From a virus (Duplodnaviria > Caudoviricetes): DNA of 43,215 nt. Positions 36,293 to 43,215 of the stretch are shown here, piece after piece. The translations under genes and the position numbers were made by a program. How positions within the stretch are numbered: the stretch's first letter is position 1; each line of letters opens with the position of its first letter. The notes beneath the pieces are model-generated. The model saw nothing but the letters and a program-made list of their open reading frames with translations, did not search any database and had not been told where the DNA came from. The stretch covers positions 1 through 43,215 of the IMG/VR virus record IMGVR_UViG_3300037310_000170. One strand, given 5' to 3'.

Positions 36293-37215
36293 GCGAGCTC
36301 GTCGCCGAGTGGCTTCGCGACCTCGCACGCATCCGCCGCGCACCGCGAACGATCGCGCGTGCGCACGCGGCGCACCTGACATTTTTGCCGTGGCTCGAAG
36401 CGCGCGTCGGCGCCTCCCCGACGGTCAAGGACCTTTCGCGATCGGTGGTCGAGGCATGGGACCGAGAGCAGGTCGCGCGGGGCAACTCCGCGTCGACACG
36501 ACGCGTGTCGAACTGGGCCGTGATGGCGGCGTGGAGGTGGGGCTGGGACCACGACGACTGGCGTCTCGGCATGGCGCCGCCGGCGACACCACGCATGCCC
36601 TCAGTAGAGCGCCGTCTTGTCGTCGCAGCGACGTGGGAGCAGATGGACGGTGTCCTCGCACTGGCCAGCGAGCGCAAGCCCGAGTGGGTCCGCCGGGCCG
36701 TCATCCTTCTTCGCGGCCTGGGATGGCGGATGGCGCAGATCCTGGCGCTCGAATGGCCCGACGTCGACCTCGAGGCGGGGCGGCTCCGACTCCGCGGCGA
36801 GCTGGGCAAGAGCTCTGCTGAACGGTCCGGCAGGGTCGTTCCGATGGCGCCGTGGCTGACTGCTGAGCTGGGCCGTTGGATCCCGCGGACCGGTCGGCTC
36901 GTCGGCGTCGTCCAGATGCACGCTGATGCGGCGTCGGCACACCTGTCCGATCTGTGGCGCGAGCTCGGCGTGCCCGCGGAGGTCTGGGATCGACGTCCCG
37001 CGCACGCGTTCCGCGCCGGCCTGATCTCCGAGCTCGCCCGAGCTCGCGTTGACCGCGAGGCCGTCGAGCACTACGTCGGTCACGCGCCCGTTGGCGTCCG
37101 CGCGGCGTACGTCGACCCGATGGCGCTCGCCCTCGAGGAGGTCGCCGCCGCCATCCCCGCGCCTGGTGTCCGTGGGGTGTCCGTGTCGCGCCGCAGTGGG
37201 ACGGGAGGCCCGTAG
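36097..37215 (+). CDS. int: Tyrosine integrase
   Basis: Arm-binding N-terminus MASIERRGDGWRVRWR; catalytic R (GWRMAQILALEWPDVD), K (GKS), HAFR, VGH and Y. Confidence 0.92.
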   Translation: MASIERRGDGWRVRWRNPGERVVRSRSCPTAAIARTVAREIDAAAALGRPWPPPTAARDPEPRYVSELVAEWLRDLARIRRAPRTIARAHAAHLTFLPWLEARVGASPTVKDLSRSVVEAWDREQVARGNSASTRRVSNWAVMAAWRWGWDHDDWRLGMAPPATPRMPSVERRLVVAATWEQMDGVLALASERKPEWVRRAVILLRGLGWRMAQILALEWPDVDLEAGRLRLRGELGKSSAERSGRVVPMAPWLTAELGRWIPRTGRLVGVVQMHADAASAHLSDLWRELGVPAEVWDRRPAHAFRAGLISELARARVDREAVEHYVGHAPVGVRAAYVDPMALALEEVAAAIPAPGVRGVSVSRRSGTGGP

Positions 37216-37356
37216 ATGGCTGCCCTTCGGCTGACTGATTATTCGGCCGCCGTCCACGCGGGGGGCCGCGCTCACGCATGGATGGCCGCGATCGGTGCCG
37301 CTGATGTCCGGCCGGAGACGGCCGTTGTGTGTCCGCTGGTGTCCGCCTGGTGTCCA
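37161..37356. other. attP-like site: GGTGTCC arm repeats flanking an inverted-repeat core
   Basis: GGTGTCCG at 37165 and 37176; GTGTCC copies at 37329, 37339 and 37350; core CGGCTGA-CTGATTAT-TCGGCCG at 37228-37249. Confidence 0.6.
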
Positions 37357-37358
37357 CG

Positions 37359-38336
37359 ATGACCACGGTCGCCCGGCTGCTGTGGAGAGACGCCGGCGCA
37401 CCCGCCGTCGGCAAGCCGTCGGTCCGGCACGATGGCCTCTGTTACCTCTGCGGGCTCGCCTGCGACGCGGCGGCGCGCGTGCGCGACGTGCTCGGGCCCA
37501 AGTTTACCGACCACGATCGCGCAGCAGCACCGGGCGCGTCACACGTCTGCGTGCCGTGCGTCTGGCTGCTCGGCGGCAAGCCGCCCGACACGTTCCGGTT
37601 GTGGTCTGTCGTGTACCGAGAGGACCGTTTGGCGGCTCCCTCGCACCCGGCGGCGGTGTACCCGCACGGACCCCGCACGCACTGCACGAGCAAGGCGGAC
37701 GTCTCGCAGGTCGTCGACATCCTACTGAGCCCGACTGAGACGCCGTGGATCTGCGCCGTCGCAAATTCGGGGCAGATCCACATCTTGCCATGGAGCGTGG
37801 TCAACACCGGTCGGACGTGGTCGGTGATGTACGAACGCGAGCGAATCGACTCGGACTCGGACACCTTCGCGAGCGTCCTGCATCACGCCTGTGCACTGCT
37901 CGCGGCGGGGTTCATCCGCGAGGACATCGAGACCCTGAACCCTCACCCGAGCAAGCTCGTGAAGCACGGATGGTCCGTGTGGCGCGAGCACGCTCGACCA
38001 TTGGAGCAATGGCGCCGCTCAGGGCTGCTCGCCCTGGCGATGGCGCTGACGAGGAAGGAGGCGTATGCGACCCTACGAGACCGGACGGCAGGCGCCGTCG
38101 GACGAGGACCTTGCGGCACTGGCCCGCGACCTCGTGCTGGACATGATGTCGTGCGCGAGCACGGAGACGATCACGCCGGTGGCATGGTGGCCGCGCGCGA
38201 AGGCGGCCTTGCTCGCGGCGTGCGACCAGGCGGAGACGTGGGGGCAGCTCGTCACGACGATGGCGAGCAAGCTCCAGATCGACGTGCTGCGCGTCGAGAC
38301 GGGCAAGGCGATCTGTTCGCGCCGCCTCGCCGCTGA
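37359..38336 (+). CDS. csf1: Type IV-B-like large subunit Csf1 (Cas8-like)
   Basis: CYLCG...FTD...VCVPC zinc motif and P..PW.CAVANSGQIHILP...VN (SGQKH-like); first gene of the csf cluster. Confidence 0.85.
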   Translation: MTTVARLLWRDAGAPAVGKPSVRHDGLCYLCGLACDAAARVRDVLGPKFTDHDRAAAPGASHVCVPCVWLLGGKPPDTFRLWSVVYREDRLAAPSHPAAVYPHGPRTHCTSKADVSQVVDILLSPTETPWICAVANSGQIHILPWSVVNTGRTWSVMYERERIDSDSDTFASVLHHACALLAAGFIREDIETLNPHPSKLVKHGWSVWREHARPLEQWRRSGLLALAMALTRKEAYATLRDRTAGAVGRGPCGTGPRPRAGHDVVREHGDDHAGGMVAAREGGLARGVRPGGDVGAARHDDGEQAPDRRAARRDGQGDLFAPPRR

Positions 38337-38490
38337 AGACCTGCGCGCCTTCGTCCGCGTCGCGCGCGCGGAGGCCGTCTACATAGTCGCGGAGGCCGCG
38401 GCTATTAGGAGCGAGCAACGCGTGGAGCGCGAAACTGCGGCCGCGGTCGCGAAGGGCGTCAGGATCGATCTGCCGGGAGACATCGCATGA
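38065..38490 (+). CDS. cas11: Type IV-B small subunit (Cas11/Csf4-like)
   Basis: 141-aa all-helical protein between csf1 and csf2; AAGGAGG RBS at 38055-38061; ATGA-coupled to csf2. Confidence 0.7.
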   Translation: MRPYETGRQAPSDEDLAALARDLVLDMMSCASTETITPVAWWPRAKAALLAACDQAETWGQLVTTMASKLQIDVLRVETGKAICSRRLAAEDLRAFVRVARAEAVYIVAEAAAIRSEQRVERETAAAVAKGVRIDLPGDIA

Positions 38491-39488
38491 GCTACACGGG
38501 ACGCATCGAGATCCGAGCGGTCGCGCTCGACCCCATCCATCAAGGCGGCTCCGAGAAGGCCGGCAACACCACGTCGATGCGGCGACAGGAGGTGCTCGGC
38601 GCCGACACCGACGTCGACCGCGTGCCCTACGTCTCGGGCAACAGCATCCGCCACATGATCCGCGATGCGGGCGTGCGCTACGCGCTCGAAGCGATGGGCA
38701 TCCCCGAGGGGACGCTGAGCAAGTCGGTCGTGGACCTGCTTTTTTCCGGCGGCTCGCTCGGCGGCAAGGGTGCGCTCACGCTTGCGAAGGCGAGGCGCCT
38801 GGCCGAGCTCTTCCCGATCCTCGCGGTGCTCGGCTACAGCGGCGGGAGCACGATCACGGGCGGCCGGATCGAGGTCTGGCACATGCACTTGGTCTGCGCG
38901 CAGAACGCCTTCCGTCGGCCCGATACGATCTCGGCTGAGCACCCCGGTTGGATGATGCGCGCGGGCAAGCTCGTGTCGCTGGCCTTCGGCACCCGACACG
39001 ATGCGGCCCGGATCCCGCACGCGGCGGACCTGCTGCGCATCGAGGATAAGGCCGCGGTCGACGCCGCGGGCGAAGGCAAGCGTGGCAAGACGAAGGAGCC
39101 GAAGCCGGAGACGTCGACGCAGATGATCTACGACTGGGAGGTGATCACGCCAGGCGCGGAGATGTTCGGCGGCATCGTCTACCGTGGGCTCAAGGACGGC
39201 GAGCTGTCGGCGCTCATGTCGGCGCTGAGCTATGCGTGCGACGGCCGCGCGGGCGACGGCGGCTACCTCTATCGCGTCGGCGCAAAGAGCGGGACGGGGC
39301 ACGGGCGCATGAGCTGGCACTTCACCGGCCTGACGCGGCCGGTGTCGACGCCCGTGATGCAGTCGTCGGATCTGCTCGTGCCGGCGCTCGCCGGCGACGC
39401 GCACCAAGCGCGGCTCGACGCCTACCGCGCCCACCTCGCAGCATCGCGGGATGCGATTCTGCGCGAGCTTGAGGAGATCGCAGGATGA
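38487..39488 (+). CDS. csf2: Type IV backbone RAMP Csf2 (Cas7)
   Basis: ALDPIHQG...GNT, VPYVSGNSIRHMIRD, LLFSGGSL, FP...LG, TRHD, QMIY..EV..PG, G-loop VGAKSGTGHG. Confidence 0.92.
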   Translation: MSYTGRIEIRAVALDPIHQGGSEKAGNTTSMRRQEVLGADTDVDRVPYVSGNSIRHMIRDAGVRYALEAMGIPEGTLSKSVVDLLFSGGSLGGKGALTLAKARRLAELFPILAVLGYSGGSTITGGRIEVWHMHLVCAQNAFRRPDTISAEHPGWMMRAGKLVSLAFGTRHDAARIPHAADLLRIEDKAAVDAAGEGKRGKTKEPKPETSTQMIYDWEVITPGAEMFGGIVYRGLKDGELSALMSALSYACDGRAGDGGYLYRVGAKSGTGHGRMSWHFTGLTRPVSTPVMQSSDLLVPALAGDAHQARLDAYRAHLAASRDAILRELEEIAG

Positions 39489-39664
39489 GCGACGATACAT
39501 GGACGGAGCGGTCCGTGAAGGGCGGCAAGGTGATCCGGACCAAGGCCGCGGCGGTGGCCGTGTACGAAGACGGCTCGGTGAATTGGGATGGCTCCGCGCC
39601 CACGGTCGACTCAGCCGTGCGCGTGCTGCGCGAAACGATCGAAAAGCTCGAGCGCGCGAGATGA
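39485..39664 (+). CDS. 59-aa hypothetical protein inside the csf operon (absent from the ORF track)
   Basis: MSDDTWTERSVKGGKVIRTKAAAVAVYEDGSVNWDGSAPTVDSAVRVLRETIEKLERAR; ATGA overlap with both csf2 and csf3; GAGGAG RBS. Confidence 0.8.
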   Translation: MSDDTWTERSVKGGKVIRTKAAAVAVYEDGSVNWDGSAPTVDSAVRVLRETIEKLERAR

Positions 39665-40380
39665 GACCGCTGAGGATCTGGTGCGACCTGGCCGAGCCAG
39701 TCGTCTACTTCGGCGACGGCATGTGCTTTGACGGCCTGCTCGCAGCGGCATGGTTCCGCGATCTGCCGTACGCCGTGACGTCGCCGTGGCCAACTGCGAC
39801 GAGGGCTGAGCCTTGGGTCAAGGATCTTGACCTCCCGCTGGCGAAGTGGAGCGTACCGTTTGCGGGTGCGTGCGACCCAAGGCTCCGAGACGAGAGCGGC
39901 CGGGTGTGGGGCTGGTGCGCGAGCGCGGTGCACGCGGACTGGTCGATCTCGACGACCGTCGAGGTCCGCAAGCGGACGGCCTTCGACGACATGGCGCGGT
40001 GGTCCCGGGCGCCCGACGTCGACGTCAGCGCGGGGCGCTTCAAGGCGCACGATCTGCGTCTGCCTGCGCGCGTTGCGCGACGGCTCGAGTGGTACGCGGT
40101 CGGAGACCCGGCGCAGATCCAGCGGGTCTTGACGGAGCACATTACGGCCGTCGGCCGCAAGGTAGGGCACGGTAACGGGCGGGTCCTGCGGTGGCGCGTC
40201 GACGACTGGGCACACGACTGGAGCGTGACGCGTAACGGCAGACTCAGCCGGCCGATGCCCGAGGGCTACGTGCGTGGTCCAGTGCAACGGCGCGGCGTGC
40301 GCGCGCTGTACTGGCACCCGTCGCGGCAGATCGCGTGCGTCGTGCCGCGAGAGGCGGACCTTGTGCCGGGGGGAGCGTGA
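39661..40380 (+). CDS. csf3: Type IV RAMP Csf3 (Cas5-like)
   Basis: PLRI...L..PV...FDGLLA, LPLA, W..CAS, G.FK...L, WYAVGD, G-loop VGRKVGHGNGRV..W, RPMP, YWHP. Confidence 0.9.
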   Translation: MRPLRIWCDLAEPVVYFGDGMCFDGLLAAAWFRDLPYAVTSPWPTATRAEPWVKDLDLPLAKWSVPFAGACDPRLRDESGRVWGWCASAVHADWSISTTVEVRKRTAFDDMARWSRAPDVDVSAGRFKAHDLRLPARVARRLEWYAVGDPAQIQRVLTEHITAVGRKVGHGNGRVLRWRVDDWAHDWSVTRNGRLSRPMPEGYVRGPVQRRGVRALYWHPSRQIACVVPREADLVPGGA

Positions 40381-41825
40381 GCGTCTATGCCACCGAGTTG
40401 TCGGATCCGGCTGACCAGCTCGTTGGCTGGGGGATCAAGGTCGTCATGGACGAGTGGGCGCGCGCCGGCAGACCTGCGCGATACGTCCCGCTGCAAGGTC
40501 CCCGTCCGGCAGAGCGACCGCGCGTCTGGCTCGTCTCGCTTGGCTACGCGGGCAGCGCCTGGCGCATCCGTGATTTCTTCGACTTGGCTGGCGAGGACAT
40601 GCGGCGTGAGCGCCGAAACGGTCGCACGACGTACATCCTCGGCGGACACGCCGTCGTCAACTCCGACCCGTTCATCGACTGCTTCGATGCCGTCTTCGTT
40701 GGCGAGGCTGACGATCAGTGCGAGGCAATGGCACGATGCGAGGGAAACGTCGACGAGCTCGCGCGCGTGCCTGGGGTCGACGTTGGCGTTGGTGACGTGA
40801 CCTTCCAACGCGCGACTTCGCTGGCTCGCCGCGGCATGTACGAGGCTTCGTTTGACGAGGATGACGACGACCGCAAGACGGGTCGCACGACCTATCTGGA
40901 GATGGCTCGCGGGTGCCGCGCAGCATGCCGTTTCTGCGAGCTCGGATGGCTCTACGGCTACACCGAACGCAGCCGAGACGAGGCTCTGTCGATGGTCGCC
41001 GGCAGACGCGACGTCGTGCTTTCGGCACCCGACACGGACGGCGTATCGTGGTTTGCCAATGCGGTCGCTGCCGGTGACTACAACCCGCGGTGGAGATCGA
41101 CAAGGATCTTGCCCTATCTGGATGCGCCGTTGGCCGAGCCCCATGGGTCGCGCGGTCGCATCCGCTTCGGGGTCGAGGGCGTCACCGAGCGTCTGAGACG
41201 CCAGATTTCGCCACTCAAGGCGATGAGCGACGAGCAAATCGCCGAGGCTGTGCAGCGTGCGATCGACGAGGGCTACCGTACTTTGCGCATGTTCTTGATC
41301 GGCGGCATCCCGGGCGAGACGCCGGGCGATCGACGCCACCTGTCTGAGCTCGTGTCGATCTACGAGCGGGCACGCGGTCTGCGGCACTGGAAGGCGGCCG
41401 ACATCAAGATCACGGGCCTGTCGCCGCAGCCTCTGACACCGTGGCAGAGGTTCGGCATCGGTCGATCGCTTGAGGCCCTTGCGGATTACCGACGCATCGT
41501 CGCGATGTCCCAGACGCGACCGCAGATGCGGATGGTGATGGTCGATGCGCAGGACACAGAGGCCGACGTCGTGAAGCGACTCCGACGTGGCGAGTTGGTC
41601 AATTACCTTGACGTGCGACCGCGCGGACCGAACGGAGCGTCCCCACAGAGACGGTGGGAGGCGGTCCGATCGTGGTGCGTCTCGGCAGGGATCGATTACG
41701 ACCGCCGCGTGATCGCCGACGTGCCGCGCGACGCAGAGCTTCCATGGCGGCGCACGCGCCACCCCATCGAGAGCATCCTGTCCAAGGCGGAGGCAAAGGC
41801 CTGGCGTGACGCGAGCGCCCTGTGA
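40377..41825 (+). CDS. Radical SAM enzyme with cobalamin-binding-like N-domain
   Basis: EMARGCRAACRFC (CxxxCxxC); ILGGH...DP...FD.VFVGEAD; FGVEG; MFLIGGIPGET; GTGA overlap with csf3. Confidence 0.9.
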   Translation: MSVYATELSDPADQLVGWGIKVVMDEWARAGRPARYVPLQGPRPAERPRVWLVSLGYAGSAWRIRDFFDLAGEDMRRERRNGRTTYILGGHAVVNSDPFIDCFDAVFVGEADDQCEAMARCEGNVDELARVPGVDVGVGDVTFQRATSLARRGMYEASFDEDDDDRKTGRTTYLEMARGCRAACRFCELGWLYGYTERSRDEALSMVAGRRDVVLSAPDTDGVSWFANAVAAGDYNPRWRSTRILPYLDAPLAEPHGSRGRIRFGVEGVTERLRRQISPLKAMSDEQIAEAVQRAIDEGYRTLRMFLIGGIPGETPGDRRHLSELVSIYERARGLRHWKAADIKITGLSPQPLTPWQRFGIGRSLEALADYRRIVAMSQTRPQMRMVMVDAQDTEADVVKRLRRGELVNYLDVRPRGPNGASPQRRWEAVRSWCVSAGIDYDRRVIADVPRDAELPWRRTRHPIESILSKAEAKAWRDASAL

Positions 41826-41850
41826 TCGGCCATCCACGCGGGCGCGGTCG

Positions 41851-41905
41851 ATTTTTCAAAAAAACGTCAAAAAGTTATTGACGCGTTTGCGTCGGCGTGT
41901 ATAAT
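41851..41905 (+). promoter_or_regulatory. Strong sigma70 promoter with UP element and overlapping palindromes
   Basis: A/T tracts and TTGACG(41878)-16-TATAAT(41900); inverted repeats CGTCAA-N7-TTGACG and GACGC-N4-GCGTC. Confidence 0.8.
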
Positions 41906-41972
41906 AGCCTCATCGCCGGCAAGGACCGCGACGGTCCGGGCGAGCGGGGCTGACACCCCGGAGGAGAGCATC

Positions 41973-42461
41973 ATGACGACCATCGAGATCCCCAATAACT
42001 ACGAGACCCTCTGCGCTGGATACCGCTGGGGCGTGCACTGGAGCCATGCCGGCGCGTCTGGATGGTACATCATCCGGGACGCAGATGGTGAGGCCATCCA
42101 GGGAGTCGAGCGTGGTGACATGTTCGTCACCGACGAGGAGGAGGAGGAGGACGGGGGAAACGGATGCCTCGTGACCGAGGAGGAGATGGAGGAGCGGATC
42201 GACGCAGCCTTCGCGGCTCACGACGAGGCGCGCCGAGTTGAGGCCGACCTCGTCCTCGTCGAGGTCATGCCGGCTCACCTCCGCGCCTCGCACGAGGCCG
42301 CGGGTAACGCCGGCAGCTACCCGGCCAATGGCGCCGTCCGATTCCTCGTCGGCCGCAAGGCGGCCGAGTCAGCGACCAACGAGTGGGTCTGCATCATCCG
42401 GGCGTCGCGGCCGGCTGACGTCGGTCAGTACGCGATCGATGTCGACGGCGATCGCATCTGA
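41973..42461 (+). CDS. Acidic hypothetical protein (162 aa)
   Basis: GGAGGAG RBS; first gene after the strong promoter; DEEEEED tract. Confidence 0.75.
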   Translation: MTTIEIPNNYETLCAGYRWGVHWSHAGASGWYIIRDADGEAIQGVERGDMFVTDEEEEEDGGNGCLVTEEEMEERIDAAFAAHDEARRVEADLVLVEVMPAHLRASHEAAGNAGSYPANGAVRFLVGRKAAESATNEWVCIIRASRPADVGQYAIDVDGDRI

Positions 42462-42590
42462 TTGATGATTGCTGGGGGCCCTGACAGGCCCCCAGTGCCC
42501 CGAGAGGAAGGAGACGCCAGGTCGGCGGCGAGCCCTCGCGGGAGACCCATCATTACACCCGCCCGGCCGCGCCGGGCAAGGAGAAGACGC

Positions 42591-43215
42591 GTGACGTGGA
42601 CCATCGCCACGGTCCTCGACGGCATCCGCGCCCGCGCCGTCGAGGGCCTCCCGCTCGCCGCCCGCACAGTCCGCGACTCGCACCGCGGGCTTCTGGAGGC
42701 CGCCACCCGCCTCCTGCCAGGCGGGTGGCAGGAAGCGCTCGAGCGCGCCGCCGAGCGCTACCCGCAGCTTGCGGTCATCAGCGAGGCCGTCGACGCACAC
42801 CGCCCGCGCACGGCCGACGTGGACCAGGACACGGCTGGCGGACGGCTCCGGCAGGCTCGCCGTGTCGCCCGCATGTCGCAGTCGCAGGCCGCCGCGGCCG
42901 CGGGCGTCACGCAGGCGACCTGGAGCCTCTATGAGACCGGCGGGCGCGGGATGCGCCCGCCGCCGGCCGCATGGCGCGCTGTCGGTCGCGCCGACGATGG
43001 CTCGGCGCTGGAGGCGCCTCCCGCCCCTCCGCCGCCCGCCGCTCCTCGGGGTCGACCTCCGATTCCCCGCAGGCGCCGGACGCCCGAAGGGGGCACCTAC
43101 GTCGTCCCGGCGCGCGGGCATGGCCTGCTCGGCATGTCGCCGACCGAGCTCGCACGGTGGCTCCATGGCCCCGCCGTCGACCAGGCCGACATGCGTCGCG
43201 TCCACCGGATCTGCG
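42591..43215 (+). CDS. XRE-family HTH protein (partial, runs off the window)
   Basis: GTG after AAGGAG; GGRLRQARRVARMSQSQAAAAAGVTQATWSLYETGGR; no stop before the window end. Confidence 0.8.
   Translation, partial: MTWTIATVLDGIRARAVEGLPLAARTVRDSHRGLLEAATRLLPGGWQEALERAAERYPQLAVISEAVDAHRPRTADVDQDTAGGRLRQARRVARMSQSQAAAAAGVTQATWSLYETGGRGMRPPPAAWRAVGRADDGSALEAPPAPPPPAAPRGRPPIPRRRRTPEGGTYVVPARGHGLLGMSPTELARWLHGPAVDQADMRRVHRIC

Larger units (their letters stand above)
1..43215. mobile_element. Temperate lambda-like tailed phage / prophage region (incomplete at both window ends)
   Basis: Contiguous terminase-portal-capsid-tail-lysis module, cI/cro switch, replication, recombination and xis/int genes, mostly joined by 1-4 nt start/stop overlaps; no recognisable host housekeeping gene. 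Confidence 0.93.

Noticed and set aside
37228-37249. tRNA fragment at the att core (ATAATCAG on the minus strand resembles part of an anticodon arm)
   Set aside because: No T-arm (GGTTCGA) or acceptor stem follows, so a tRNA or tRNA-target call cannot be supported
37161-37356. GGTGTCC repeats as a mini CRISPR array for the csf operon
   Set aside because: The units are 7-11 bp and nearly adjacent, with no 25-40 bp repeats or spacers; they fit integrase arm sites better
42458-42510. Hammerhead ribozyme (TGATGA followed by a hairpin)
   Set aside because: It lacks the CTGANGA...GAAA core in the correct arrangement
37359-43215. cas6, cas1/2, dinG or cysH genes
   Set aside because: No ORF shows their motifs (e.g. 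no SGGKDS PP-loop, no helicase motifs); they could still lie outside the window

Overview
The whole window reads as one GC-rich temperate tailed phage, or prophage-derived contig, with lambda-like organisation. A lipoprotein and spanin-like genes suggest a diderm host. The minus strand (27-30140) carries cro, a lytic-transglycosylase-like gene, an adenine MTase, an initiator with internal repeats, a DnaB-N/RepA helicase, an HTH gene, a candidate cos, terS/terL (GpA), gpW, a lambda-type portal, a protease-capsid fusion, DUF2190, neck and tail genes, a lysis cassette and fibre-like genes. The plus strand (30239-37215) carries a CI-like repressor, small early genes, a DEDDh exonuclease, a YqaJ nuclease, a putative annealing partner, RusA, xis and a tyrosine integrase, followed by an attP-like site. 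Directly after that site is the most interesting locus, a type IV-B-like Cas effector operon: csf1/cas8-like, cas11, csf2/cas7, an unannotated 59-aa gene and csf3/cas5. No CRISPR array, cas6 or cysH is visible in the window. The operon instead ends in a translationally coupled radical SAM enzyme with a cobalamin-binding-like N-domain. A strong promoter then drives an acidic small protein and an XRE-HTH gene (acr-aca-like layout), with repeated CTGACA-loop hairpins. All assignments come from motif recognition by eye; no searches were run.
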